The translations under genes and the position numbers were made by a program. DNA of 64,000 nt, taken from Escherichia phage FL20. Position 1 is the first letter of the stretch. Every line of letters starts with the position of its first letter. The stretch lies in sequence record PP400781; one strand, written 5' to 3'. The notes below the pieces were generated by a model. That model ran no database searches. It had not been told where the DNA came from and saw only the letters and a list, made by a program, of their open reading frames with translations. Positions 12,213 through 21,749 of this stretch are shown here, in pieces.

Positions 12213-12800
12213 CTAAATATCTAACCAAGACAAGTCAGATCCGCCCAAGATTTTTTCGACGGCGGATCTATTTTCTTGATGATATAAGTTAAAACATGGT
12301 ATCCCATGTCTACGGGCAACATAAACAGCAATTCGAGTTCCTCCCGAAACGATTCCATTAACTTCTTTCGCCCAAAATAACACACAATCTACAGGATCAT
12401 CAAGTGTCTCACCTAAAACTTGAGCAACATTTCTAGAAAACAGATTTTGCATGTATAACGGTATAGAACGAGGATTATCATAAACTTGTTCTAATTCATC
12501 CATCGCCAGATTTTTTTGTTCTAAGGTTTGCCATGCAATCACATCATGACCGTTATGCTTGTGGTCATAAAACTTCCAATTTGGAATGAAAATTTTTCTA
12601 TAATCTGGATCGTAATATTTCATGAAAGCATTGTCCATACCGTAAGCCCCTCCAGAATGCGCTACAACGCGATTTTCTGACAATACCCTCCCAATGGTAC
12701 TAGCCATTATCAAAATGTCGCTAGGCGCTTTTCTAGAGCCTATTAAAGCACATCTACGAAGTGGTTTTACTCCAAATAGATCTTGTAACTGGTCAAACAT
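12213..12800 (-). CDS. DprA/Smf-like (SLOG-fold) protein
   Basis: 195 aa; motif HSGGAYGMD corresponds to the DprA Rossmann motif S-G-x-A-x-G-x-D; occupies the locus where T4 carries rnlB. Confidence 0.55.
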   Translation of the reverse strand: MFDQLQDLFGVKPLRRCALIGSRKAPSDILIMASTIGRVLSENRVVAHSGGAYGMDNAFMKYYDPDYRKIFIPNWKFYDHKHNGHDVIAWQTLEQKNLAMDELEQVYDNPRSIPLYMQNLFSRNVAQVLGETLDDPVDCVLFWAKEVNGIVSGGTRIAVYVARRHGIPCFNLYHQENRSAVEKILGGSDLSWLDI

Positions 12801-12953
12801 AATATTTCCTCCATAGAAAGCAATATCATACTACAAGTTAATAACAAATACAAGTATCCGCGTAGCGGAAGCGAGCACAGCGAGCAATAAAAACACTTCC
12901 AGTAATTGATTAATAAATGTTCGAAACAAATTTTTATTATTCTATAAGATAAG

Positions 12954-13128
12954 TCTTCGTTTTGATCATAATTTAATCACACATGTAAAAACTACACAAA
13001 AGGATATCGCTTCGCGAACTCCTACGGAGTATAACATTTGTGTTACAATATGTAGTGATTAATAATTAACCAAAGATACATTTTCTATGTTCTAAAGATC
13101 TTTCTTCGTTTTGATCATAATTTAATCA
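12954..13128. repeat. two copies of a 26-bp direct repeat (tcttcgttttgatcataatttaatca) about 150 bp apart in an AT-rich intergenic region (approximate)
   Basis: Perfect 26-bp repeat read directly; each copy is followed by a related cacatgtaaa element. Confidence 0.6.
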
Positions 13129-13181
13129 AACAGTATTAATATTGTGCACATGTAAACTAAAATTATGTTAATAACATATAC

Positions 13182-13206
13182 AAAAAAGCCGCCCCGAAGG
13201 ACGGCT
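13182..13206 (-). terminator. rho-independent terminator on minus strand (approximate)
   Basis: Hairpin agccgtcc-TTCG-gggcggct followed by T6 on the minus strand, immediately downstream of gene 13215-13652. Confidence 0.7.
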
Positions 13207-13214
13207 AATGTTAA

Positions 13215-13652
13215 TTATTTGTTGATAACGATCTGATTTCGGCGAATGGTAACATTACTCTTAGAGATGATCAGATCATCCGGCACTACGTTAGTTTTGT
13301 ATGGTTGGAAGCGAACAAGCATCTGATTGCGTTTAGACCCTTCCTTAATCTTGATTTCCATCTGGATATTGTTGCCTACGTGAGCAACCGCAATTTCACC
13401 TTTATTCTCATAGACCCACTTGCTGGTAACGTCTCCAGCAAAAGCCTTAATAACTTGCAATGCTTCGTCGTATGCGGTAGAGCTGTGAACTTTCAGAAGG
13501 CCAGCCGTAGAAAGACGGGAGCAGGTGATCGCCGGAGATTGCCAAACATCAACATTAATTTGCTCAATCAGAGTAACACCGCCCTGATCAACTGCTTTGA
13601 ATGCTTCGAACATTGCCTTTTTCATTGCTACGTGGTTTTTACGGAATTTCAT
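13215..13652 (-). CDS. hypothetical protein (145 aa)
   Basis: Clean ORF with RBS AGAGGTG; no recognisable motif. Confidence 0.6.
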   Translation of the reverse strand: MKFRKNHVAMKKAMFEAFKAVDQGGVTLIEQINVDVWQSPAITCSRLSTAGLLKVHSSTAYDEALQVIKAFAGDVTSKWVYENKGEIAVAHVGNNIQMEIKIKEGSKRNQMLVRFQPYKTNVVPDDLIISKSNVTIRRNQIVINK

Positions 13653-13698
13653 AATTAGTCACCTCTATTGATTAGTTATTCAGAATATTAATTACAAA

Positions 13699-13974
13699 TC
13701 AGGACATTGCCCGTTTGAATGCGTCCATTATAACAGTGTTATTTGGCATGTCAACACGTTTTTGAACTTTATTTTTAAATTTTTTGTTGATGTGGTGTTT
13801 ACGATAAACAACCTTTTCACGGTTGGCGTAAGCCTCTCGTGCATCTTTTACCATCAACCATGCCTTAGCCGCATCTTGTCCGCTGATCCCGCCAATCTTT
13901 TTAGCAATATCAACAAAATTAAGACCGTGGTCTTCGCGTAGCATGTAAACCATTAACGCTGTTTTCTTGTCCAT
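13699..13974 (-). CDS. small hypothetical protein, possible helix-turn-helix (91 aa from internal Met)
   Basis: Track ORF 13699-14082; start moved to Met37 (MDKKTALMVY...) because the upstream part overlaps ORF 13974-14171 and this ATG overlaps that ORF's stop. Confidence 0.45.
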   Translation of the reverse strand: MDKKTALMVYMLREDHGLNFVDIAKKIGGISGQDAAKAWLMVKDAREAYANREKVVYRKHHINKKFKNKVQKRVDMPNNTVIMDAFKRAMS

Positions 13975-14171
13975 CACTTCGCCCCATTGACGATTAACAG
14001 GATAGTGATCAGCACCGGAAACTGGATCATGATAGTGCCAATAAACCGGATAAACGCATTTTCTGACTTCCACACATGACATGCGACTAGCTGATATACC
14101 ATTGTTGCCACCAAAGCCAGAAAATACATCTCGATTGGTGTTTCTTTGATCAATCGTACAATCTCATTCAT
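13974..14171 (-). CDS. small hydrophobic (membrane) protein, 65 aa
   Basis: Two hydrophobic segments; translationally coupled to the downstream ORF. Confidence 0.4.
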   Translation of the reverse strand: MNEIVRLIKETPIEMYFLALVATMVYQLVACHVWKSENAFIRFIGTIMIQFPVLITILLIVNGAK

Positions 14172-14334
14172 ACTTCACCTCATACATTCATAAACACAAC
14201 AACGAATAATACAGTAACAGTTATCAACGCCATTTTCAACCCCACATTCATAATATTTTCTTCGCCTCACTATGACAGTAGCATGTCGATGCGTGCCATT
14301 ATAGGCATCTAAATCGCTCTGTCAAGCACAAAAA

Positions 14335-14361
14335 CAAAAAAAGCCACCCCGAAGGATGGCT
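14335..14361 (-). terminator. rho-independent terminator on minus strand after hoc (approximate)
   Basis: Hairpin agccatcc-TTCG-gggtggct plus T-tract; same architecture as the terminator near 13190. Confidence 0.7.
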
Positions 14362-14372
14362 GATAGATTTCA

Positions 14373-15587
14373 TTAAGCAGGATGCGTTTCACGAATGCGT
14401 AGAACTCGCTCTAACGTCTCTCGGTCCAGTTTATGTAACTCTTTGGACTGATACATGAAACCATTGCGAGATTCCATGCAAGTGCAATCACTATATTTTT
14501 CTTCCGCTGCCGCGATTGTCTCCAGATCTTTGGCGTACTTGCTGGTAGAATAAACTTCTCGGTCACGCCACTCTAACCCAGCCTCATTGAATTTAACAAT
14601 CTCGTCAAATACCCACCATCCAATGTAGATAAATGAAGTTTTGCGCCACGGGATCGGGTGTACGTAACGAAACATTTTAACAACTTCCATTGAACATTTT
14701 CTACTTGTACTTGTTGCAACTTCTACTGTTTCATCTTCGATCTGTTGATATAGTTTAGCAACACACCAGAATTTGGCTGTGTCATCGTAAGTAGCACTCT
14801 CTTTGAACAGATGACCGTCTGGAGTGATAGAAAATCCTTCCAGTGCTTCGCCAACCTCACTACCGATCAGAGTCGGTGGTATTTGCCCTTCGCGCTGCAA
14901 ATACCAGTTATATTTGATCGTCAAATTAGGCATACCGCTAGAATCGCCTACAATGTTCTCTGACACAACATAATTAAGTAAGATCTCATTACCTAGTGCC
15001 ACGGTCTTTGATTCCACCACATCCTGATCTACGTTCATTGTTGCCAGCATGATTTTAGTCGATGCGCTATTGGCTGAATTTTCCGACTCACCCCACACTT
15101 TTACAGTATACACGCCGTTTTTATCTGCTGTAAATTCTTTGATTGTAATATTCTGTTTTGTGTCTATAACTTCTTCGCCCTTACTCCAACTATAATGTAG
15201 TTCATAGTCGTCTGCTGGAGTCTTCCCACCAGAAAATTTTACTGTTGCATGTAATTCTACGTCTTTTTGTGATGATACGTAGAAATGCGGCGGTTCGGTG
15301 ATATTTACGATTAATTCCGCTTCTTCCATGAGGAAAACTTCAGATTCTACTGATTCCATCGTATCGGTATCCTGTACCGTTACTTTATAGCTACCCGCAT
15401 TTTCACTTGTTGCACCTACTACAGATAGCGTAGCTGTGCTATTTTCATGTGGTTGGTCGTCTTTTGTCCATGTATATGTCAAATTGCTGGGTAATGGTTC
15501 GTCACCCGCTACAGTCGCCGTTAAGGTGAAACCATCTCCAGCAAGAAAACATCTTTTGTCAGATTTAATTGATACTGTGAAAGTCAT
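14373..15587 (-). CDS. hoc: Hoc-like outer capsid decoration protein with Ig-like repeats
   Basis: 404 aa; repeated Ig-like segments (TYTW..., SYKVTV, YTVKV); T4-syntenic position between gene 24 region and inh. Confidence 0.75.
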   Translation of the reverse strand: MTFTVSIKSDKRCFLAGDGFTLTATVAGDEPLPSNLTYTWTKDDQPHENSTATLSVVGATSENAGSYKVTVQDTDTMESVESEVFLMEEAELIVNITEPPHFYVSSQKDVELHATVKFSGGKTPADDYELHYSWSKGEEVIDTKQNITIKEFTADKNGVYTVKVWGESENSANSASTKIMLATMNVDQDVVESKTVALGNEILLNYVVSENIVGDSSGMPNLTIKYNWYLQREGQIPPTLIGSEVGEALEGFSITPDGHLFKESATYDDTAKFWCVAKLYQQIEDETVEVATSTSRKCSMEVVKMFRYVHPIPWRKTSFIYIGWWVFDEIVKFNEAGLEWRDREVYSTSKYAKDLETIAAAEEKYSDCTCMESRNGFMYQSKELHKLDRETLERVLRIRETHPA

Positions 15588-15852
15588 ATAAAGCCACTCC
15601 CATAGAAAATCCGAATTTAATTAATTGAAATAGTTGATTGCCATCAACCAGATAACCATTGCGAGATTCCAATACATGAGTATTAGAATAGTGATGCAAC
15701 GAGGCCGAAATAGTATCGATCTCGTCTGGGTATTTGTTCTGTTTGATGTAATACATTGATTTTGTTAGACATGTAGTATCCTCTTTTTAATTGCATAACG
15801 GAACTACAATTAAAATTATAACAAATATTTCACAACTTTTATCACCCAAAAA

Positions 15853-16578
15853 TTACTTGAGTGTGTGGAATTGGCTGTGTTTAGTCTCTCGCACCTTGAC
15901 AGACCCATCGCGTTTGATATAATAGATCAGTGACTTGAGGGTGTCGTGTACATACGCGTGCGGGAAACGCTCTGGATACTTCTTCCAATCTGGAGTATTA
16001 ACGATCCAGTCGAAAATCCACCACGGGCAGGAGTAGTAACCACGACCGCCACCGATCAAGCAAATGGTCGGACGGAAGCCAGTAAGATCGCAAAATGAAT
16101 CAGTGTCATGTGCTGGGGAACGATGCTCTGCTTCGTTAGAGAAAATGTTGGCTACCGGAGATTCCACTTTAACTTCCGGTGCTTCTTCAACATCCGACTT
16201 AACTTCTTCGACCACTGGTTCAACTGCTGGAGATTCTTCTTTTGTTTCTTCAATGACGATCTCAGGTTCTTTCATTGCTTCAACCAGAGACGGATCAACT
16301 TCGTCGAATACCACTTTATCATCTGCGGTGTCTGCTGCCAGAATAAGATCGTTAATACTGGTTCCTTCTGCCGGAGTTTCTTCTTCCATTTCGGAAGCCA
16401 GTTTAGTTAATTCGGTTTCTACGAACTCGATCATGTTCTCTAACGAGAGCGTCTTTTTGACCTTAATATCAAATTGTTTTGCGTAGTCAGCTAATTCTGT
16501 TTTAGCTGTTTTCTGTGCTTCTTTGTCGTCGGACGCCGCAATAGCGCGGAGTTCTTCGAAATATTCTTTATCAAACAT
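15853..16578 (-). CDS. inh: Inh-like protein (prohead protease inhibitor position)
   Basis: 241 aa with acidic central region; assignment by synteny (between hoc and segE/uvsW) only. Confidence 0.5.
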   Translation of the reverse strand: MFDKEYFEELRAIAASDDKEAQKTAKTELADYAKQFDIKVKKTLSLENMIEFVETELTKLASEMEEETPAEGTSINDLILAADTADDKVVFDEVDPSLVEAMKEPEIVIEETKEESPAVEPVVEEVKSDVEEAPEVKVESPVANIFSNEAEHRSPAHDTDSFCDLTGFRPTICLIGGGRGYYSCPWWIFDWIVNTPDWKKYPERFPHAYVHDTLKSLIYYIKRDGSVKVRETKHSQFHTLK

Positions 16579-16603
16579 GTTATTCTCCTGATTGGGGTGT
16601 TTG

Positions 16604-16611
16604 TATAAATA
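16604..16611 (+). promoter_or_regulatory. candidate late promoter TATAAATA upstream of segE/uvsW (approximate)
   Basis: TATAAATA on plus strand about 40 bp upstream of segE ATG. Confidence 0.45.
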
Positions 16612-16649
16612 TTTGTATACTGTATTTATTGCATACGGAGATTTTTACT

Positions 16650-17381
16650 ATGGCTAAAAGATTTCATTATGTTTATGAGATAAAGAATCTTGTAAACGGC
16701 AAATTGTATATAGGTAAACATTCTACTAACAATATGCATGATGGATATATGGGGTCTGGTGACCTTCTTCGTGCTGCATTTGAAAAATATGGCATTGAGA
16801 ACTTCGAGAAGCGCATATTAAAAATGTTTGATACCGAGCAAGATGCTTACCTATACGAAAAAGAACTTGTCACTGTTGACATTGTAAAAGATCCCAATTA
16901 TTATAATGTAGTTACTGGCGGTCGTTATGACGGAGACCAGGTATACTCAGACTCTGTACGCGCTAAAATGTCTTCTTCTGCCAAAGAGCGCGTAGAACGT
17001 GATATGAAAACTGGAAAACTAAAAAAAGCAATAGTAGGTATGCGAGATAGTGTTTCCGGCAGCACATGGTACAGCGACGGTGTTAAATCTATACGAGTTC
17101 GAGATGGAGAAACTCCACCTGACGGATTCATCAAGGGTAATTTACATGTTGGGTGGGACCATATAGAATGGACGGAGGAACGCAAAGCCGCTAACAGGGA
17201 AATGTGTCTAAGACAAGTCCAAAAGGATCGTGAGTCCGGTGCTCTCGCCGAGCGTGTAGCAAGGCTTAACGATTTTCATACTGGTAGTAAGTGGTATAAC
17301 AACGGGGTAGTTAATAAGGTCGTGAAACGCGGTGACACCCCTCCTGATGGTTTTGTTCTTGGAAAACTTGTTAAAAGGTGA
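16650..17381 (+). CDS. segE: GIY-YIG homing endonuclease, SegE-like
   Basis: Track ORF 16629-17381 begins with an alternative start; ATG at 16650 gives MAKRFHYVYEIKNLVNGKLYIGKHS (GIY-YIG motif); same position as segE in T4. Confidence 0.8.
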   Translation: MAKRFHYVYEIKNLVNGKLYIGKHSTNNMHDGYMGSGDLLRAAFEKYGIENFEKRILKMFDTEQDAYLYEKELVTVDIVKDPNYYNVVTGGRYDGDQVYSDSVRAKMSSSAKERVERDMKTGKLKKAIVGMRDSVSGSTWYSDGVKSIRVRDGETPPDGFIKGNLHVGWDHIEWTEERKAANREMCLRQVQKDRESGALAERVARLNDFHTGSKWYNNGVVNKVVKRGDTPPDGFVLGKLVKR

Positions 17382-17385
17382 TGTG

Positions 17386-18888
17386 ATGCAAGATATTCAT
17401 GTGCATTTTATGAATTATAGTTTTGTTAAAATTGAATGCTCTGATTCAATATCTATGGAACTACGAGACTATTTTTCTTTTGAGATTGAAGGTGCAAGAT
17501 TTAATCCTCGTTATCGCTACGGGCAATGGGATGGGCGAATCCGGCTATTTACCTATGAAAACACTCTTCCTATCGGACTGATCAAAACTTTGGGTATCTT
17601 TGCTAAGAATATGAGCTATTCTGTTTGGATTGATCCCCGTCTTCTGGAAAAGGAGAAAATCACTAAAGAAGACATTGACAGTTGGATCGGTTCGTTGGCG
17701 ATATATTCTGGCGCTAATAAGATCACCCCTCACTGGTATCAAAGTGAAGCTGTATTTCAGGGTATACATAATCGTCGTAGAATGTTAGTTTTGCCTACTT
17801 CTGCTGGTAAAAGTTTGATTGCTTGTTTATTATCTCGATGGTATCTGGAAAACTACGAGGGAAAGGTGTTAATCATTGTTCCAACTACTTCTCTTGTTCT
17901 CCAGATGCGTGATGACTTCATTGATTATAGGCTATTCCCTTTTGAGGCTATCCATACAATGATGAGTGGTAGCCAAAAACATCCAGGGGAACGATTGATA
18001 ACTGTTTCAACTTGGCAATCTGCATGTAAGATGCCTAAAGAGTGGTTCCAGCAATACGGAATGGTTATTGTCGATGAATGTCACAAAGCAACCGCTAAAA
18101 ACCTTCAAAATATTGTAAATGATATGACTCATTGCCAATTTAAGATTGGTATGACTGGTTCACCTCGTGAGGGTAAGTGTAATGCTTTGCAATACGTTGG
18201 ATTGTTTGGAGATATATCTAGGATCGTAAGTATTGATCGTCTTATGGATGAAGGACAAGTTACAAAACTGAAAATCAACTGTCTATTCCTAAAATATGCT
18301 GATGATGAATGCGCGGCTATTAAGGGGAAAGAATACGCGGAAGAGATCAAATATATAACTTCACACGGCAGACGGAATAAGTTTGTGTGTAATTTGGCAC
18401 TAAAACTCGCTAAGAAGAACGAAAACGTCTTTTTAATGTTTCGCAACACTAAACACGGAAAAATGATGTATGAAGCCTTACAGAAGGTACATGATAAGGT
18501 TTACTACATTGATGGTGGGGTTAAGACTGCGGAACGAGACGAGTTCAAAAAATTAGCGGAAGGAGAGACCGGGATCATTTGCGTCGCCTCCTACGGCGTT
18601 TTCTCTACTGGCGTTTCTATCAAGAACTTACACCATGTAATTTTCGGTCATCCTGTCAAAGAGTCTACTATTGTTCGTCAAAGTATTGGTCGTGCATTGC
18701 GTAAGCATGGTTCTAAGGATATTGCTTATGTATGGGATATTATTGATTTGTTGGGTATAAAGACAAAGAGTAAGACCGCTAAGAAGCAATATAGTCATCT
18801 CAATTACGCAACTAAGCACGGCATAGAAAGGGTTCGAGTGTACAACGAAGATAAATTCGATTATTCAACCAAAACAATCGAAATTTAA
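17386..18888 (+). CDS. uvsW: UvsW DNA/RNA helicase
   Basis: Track ORF 17332-18888 begins with an alternative start; ATG at 17386 gives MQDIHVHFMNYSFVKIECSDS matching T4 UvsW N-terminus; LPTSAGKS Walker A, DECH box. Confidence 0.93.
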   Translation: MQDIHVHFMNYSFVKIECSDSISMELRDYFSFEIEGARFNPRYRYGQWDGRIRLFTYENTLPIGLIKTLGIFAKNMSYSVWIDPRLLEKEKITKEDIDSWIGSLAIYSGANKITPHWYQSEAVFQGIHNRRRMLVLPTSAGKSLIACLLSRWYLENYEGKVLIIVPTTSLVLQMRDDFIDYRLFPFEAIHTMMSGSQKHPGERLITVSTWQSACKMPKEWFQQYGMVIVDECHKATAKNLQNIVNDMTHCQFKIGMTGSPREGKCNALQYVGLFGDISRIVSIDRLMDEGQVTKLKINCLFLKYADDECAAIKGKEYAEEIKYITSHGRRNKFVCNLALKLAKKNENVFLMFRNTKHGKMMYEALQKVHDKVYYIDGGVKTAERDEFKKLAEGETGIICVASYGVFSTGVSIKNLHHVIFGHPVKESTIVRQSIGRALRKHGSKDIAYVWDIIDLLGIKTKSKTAKKQYSHLNYATKHGIERVRVYNEDKFDYSTKTIEI

Positions 18889-18893
18889 TAAAT

Positions 18894-18917
18894 AGGGGCT
18901 GTATGCCCCTTATTTTT
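18894..18917 (+). terminator. rho-independent terminator after uvsW (approximate)
   Basis: Hairpin aggggc-tgtat-gcccct followed by T-tract. Confidence 0.6.
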
Positions 18918-18930
18918 ACGGAGATTAAAA

Positions 18931-19167
18931 ATGATTAGTTTTAAACGATTCTTAGCCGAGGCGGTTATTGATGGTTTCATGAATAAAATCTATTCTTGTA
19001 ATACTATGGAAGGTTTGGACGAGCTTGAAAAATATTATGAAAAGCGCAAGAAAGAGACCGATCTCAAACCGTCAGATGATATCTCTATTCGTGATGCAAT
19101 CGCAGGTCGAAGAAAACAGTTAGAGAGTGAAAATGAGCCGGAAGAGGAGCCGGAAGAGGATTTTTAA
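18931..19167 (+). CDS. uvsW.1: UvsW.1 small protein
   Basis: 78 aa ORF immediately after uvsW, as in T4. Confidence 0.7.
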   Translation: MISFKRFLAEAVIDGFMNKIYSCNTMEGLDELEKYYEKRKKETDLKPSDDISIRDAIAGRRKQLESENEPEEEPEEDF

Positions 19168-19230
19168 GATATAAAAAAGCCCCATCATTGATGGGGCAAA
19201 ATAAACCAATTAAAATCGGTTATCAACAAA

Positions 19231-19407
19231 TTACATTAACAGCATTGTTTGCTCTACGAGTTGTTCTTGTTCTTCGCCGTTCGCATCTTCACTAATCGAA
19301 CGTTCTGTTACTAGCTGTAAGCAGTAGCCAGTGTGAACAACGCCGTTTTCTGTCTGGACGGATAACGCATCCTCGACAGGTTGTTTACAACAAATACAGA
19401 TTTTCAT
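19231..19407 (-). CDS. small Cys-rich hypothetical protein (58 aa; uvsY.-1/-2 position; approximate ends)
   Basis: ATG preceded by strong RBS GCAGGAGG; N-terminus MKICICCKQP; lies just downstream of uvsY. Confidence 0.4.
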   Translation of the reverse strand: MKICICCKQPVEDALSVQTENGVVHTGYCLQLVTERSISEDANGEEQEQLVEQTMLLM

Positions 19408-19428
19408 AAAAATTCCTCCTGCATGTAT

Positions 19429-19836
19429 TTAGCGACCAGATTCCAGCATACGCAATTCTATAGCATTCTTGATCGCAAAGCCACGAGATTTAACGATATC
19501 AAGTGCGCGACCAGCAAAATCCATTACCATCTGGTAATATGCAATTTTCGTATCAAGTGGTAAGATCTCGTCGTCTGCTGCCATGACAACTTTCAATTCT
19601 GATTTCTCATATTCAGCACGACACCAGTCATCACTACGGTTAGTGTAAAAATCAAGACGATTTTTCATAGCCTTTTTCTTTTTAGCCTCAAGAGCAATCG
19701 TCTCTCTTTTCGCCTCGCTGTAAATCCTTAACCACTTTGAGTATACTACCGGATTATTCAGCGCCTCCCATTGCAACTTAGTCGCATCGATCTTCATGTC
19801 AGCTTCTAATTGTTCTTTCAAATCGTTTAGGTCCAT
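19429..19836 (-). CDS. uvsY: UvsY recombination mediator
   Basis: 135 aa; blocks IDATKLQWEA, YSKWL, KSRGFAIK match T4 UvsY. Confidence 0.93.
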   Translation of the reverse strand: MDLNDLKEQLEADMKIDATKLQWEALNNPVVYSKWLRIYSEAKRETIALEAKKKKAMKNRLDFYTNRSDDWCRAEYEKSELKVVMAADDEILPLDTKIAYYQMVMDFAGRALDIVKSRGFAIKNAIELRMLESGR

Positions 19837-19883
19837 AATATCCCCTTATTCACACTAAGACCTATATCATATCACACACAAAA

Positions 19884-20282
19884 TCACTTTGCAAGTCTTA
19901 TGCGTAGTTGTTCAAGATCATCTGGGTTATCTATTACTGAAAAGTAGATTGATACTATGATTGAGTTATCGTCGTACTGCGGAGTTACTTCTACTGTCAG
20001 GTTTCGGACCCGTGGTTCATAGTTTCGGATCGCCTCATTGATGTTTTTTGATAAGGTGTCCACTGTCAGTGGGTTCATGTTCTCAAACAGTGATTTATTG
20101 AGATCGCATCCAAACAGTGGATCAAATGGACGAGATCCCTTGCGAGTAGTCACGATCAGTAGAATAGAATCCTTAACCGCTTTAATCCCTATGTTCTTTT
20201 TAACGTCGTTATTCCACGATCTGGATATATTGAGATCCAAATCAGTATACATCTGATTAATAGTTGCCATGTTATACCTCAA
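19884..20282 (-). CDS. 25: baseplate wedge subunit gp25
   Basis: 132 aa, same length as T4 gp25; synteny. Confidence 0.9.
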   Translation of the reverse strand: MRYNMATINQMYTDLDLNISRSWNNDVKKNIGIKAVKDSILLIVTTRKGSRPFDPLFGCDLNKSLFENMNPLTVDTLSKNINEAIRNYEPRVRNLTVEVTPQYDDNSIIVSIYFSVIDNPDDLEQLRIRLAK

Positions 20283-20908
20283 AGAATTTTAAGGAAACTG
20301 GATAGACCTGATAATGAATATACACCAGATTCCCCGCATTCGCACTTGATCGGTACTGCCAGCGTGATTTGATTTCTTGTTAGCTCGTCGATCACTTCTT
20401 CCACTTTATCCGTGGTAAGCATATCCAGCACGCGGTCAAAGTCCTGTGCGTTCAGGTCGTCTATATTGAATTGCTGATCTCCGATCACGATATATTCGAT
20501 ACATGCAATTACCATCTGCATAATATCAACATCTTCTGTAAACTTAGGTTGACGAAACTTGATTTTTACTTGTCCTAAGTCCAGAATATACGGTTCAACT
20601 TCTGGTATCTGTGTGCGTGAAACATCAAGAGAATATACTTTCTCTTTATTGCATACACCACATACCCAAGTAGCATCAATTTTCATCTTATTGAGGCTGT
20701 GACACCATAAGAGAAGAAAAATATATTCTGCTTCGCATTTCTCTAGCTCTAATGCATTGATCCCCGTACATTCATGTATGATCTCTATAACAACCTCTGA
20801 CAGCTTGCCAGTCTCTTTTGCTGCTACCAGTTTTTGAAATTCGCCGAAGGTGAAAGCACGGGCGTGTATCAACTTTTCGCCTAATTGGATCTTGAAAAAG
20901 TATTGCAT
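20279..20908 (-). CDS. 26: baseplate hub subunit gp26
   Basis: 209 aa; synteny and size match T4 gp26. Confidence 0.75.
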   Translation of the reverse strand: MQYFFKIQLGEKLIHARAFTFGEFQKLVAAKETGKLSEVVIEIIHECTGINALELEKCEAEYIFLLLWCHSLNKMKIDATWVCGVCNKEKVYSLDVSRTQIPEVEPYILDLGQVKIKFRQPKFTEDVDIMQMVIACIEYIVIGDQQFNIDDLNAQDFDRVLDMLTTDKVEEVIDELTRNQITLAVPIKCECGESGVYSLSGLSSFLKIL

Positions 20909-20950
20909 AATAAAACACCCTTTATAAACACATAGAATTATTTAGTATTT

Positions 20951-20958
20951 TATAAATA
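20951..20958 (+). promoter_or_regulatory. T4-type late promoter TATAAATA upstream of gene 51 (approximate)
   Basis: TATAAATA about 25 bp upstream of gene 51 ATG. Confidence 0.55.
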
Positions 20959-20978
20959 CCCGAAAGGGGGATTATACC

Positions 20979-21749
20979 ATGAATATTATCCGAATAAAAC
21001 TGCCGGAAGGTGTGCAGAGATTTAAACCATTCACGGTAAAAGATTATAGAGATTTCCTTCTGGTGTCAACTGAAATTAAGATGAATCCAGAAGAAGAACA
21101 AACGATTCTGGATGAGCTATTAGAAGAAATATATCCAGACGTAGATCCGGCATTTCGTGAATATATTTTCCTGAATGTCTTTACTAGTTCAATTGGTAAA
21201 ACTAAGATACCGCTTTGTTTTACTTGCCCGACTTGCAACAAAGAAAGAAAAATGTTGCTTAACTTACAGGTTGAAGCATTAAAACCAATCGTTCTAGAAG
21301 CCGCAGGGCTTAAAATAACTTTCCGGTATGTTAAACCATCAACCGACTATGCAAAAACGTTTCTGGATGCGATAGAGCGTGTATCCGATGGTATTAATGA
21401 TTATCTATGGACTGAATTACCGGAAGACGTTAGAGAACAGGTTATCGATTCAATCTCATTTGCTGAATTTGAAGAAGTTGTTAAGCAGATGCACACAATC
21501 AAGATCGAACAAAAGATATCTTGTTGTGAAAGTCATGACCTGAAATACATAGGTCTTCTTCCATTGTTCAAATTGTTGTTGAATCCAGATGAGTTATTCA
21601 TCTTTTATCGAATAAACCATCTATTGGCAAAATCAAATTATTCTATCAGTGATCTTATGGACATGTTACCCGTCGAGAGAAACATTGCACTGACACTGGT
21701 CGAGAAAGACGTAAAAGAGGCAAACAATGCAAAGAACGGGGTTTCCTAA
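20979..21749 (+). CDS. 51: baseplate hub assembly catalyst gp51
   Basis: 256 aa; divergent orientation from gp26 as in T4; size match. Confidence 0.75.
   Translation: MNIIRIKLPEGVQRFKPFTVKDYRDFLLVSTEIKMNPEEEQTILDELLEEIYPDVDPAFREYIFLNVFTSSIGKTKIPLCFTCPTCNKERKMLLNLQVEALKPIVLEAAGLKITFRYVKPSTDYAKTFLDAIERVSDGINDYLWTELPEDVREQVIDSISFAEFEEVVKQMHTIKIEQKISCCESHDLKYIGLLPLFKLLLNPDELFIFYRINHLLAKSNYSISDLMDMLPVERNIALTLVEKDVKEANNAKNGVS

Noticed and set aside
15565-15756. 63-aa minus-strand ORF overlapping the hoc start
   Set aside because: It overlaps hoc in another frame and its start has weak context; an alternative ~29-aa ORF with a better RBS occupies the same spacer, so neither is reported as a gene.
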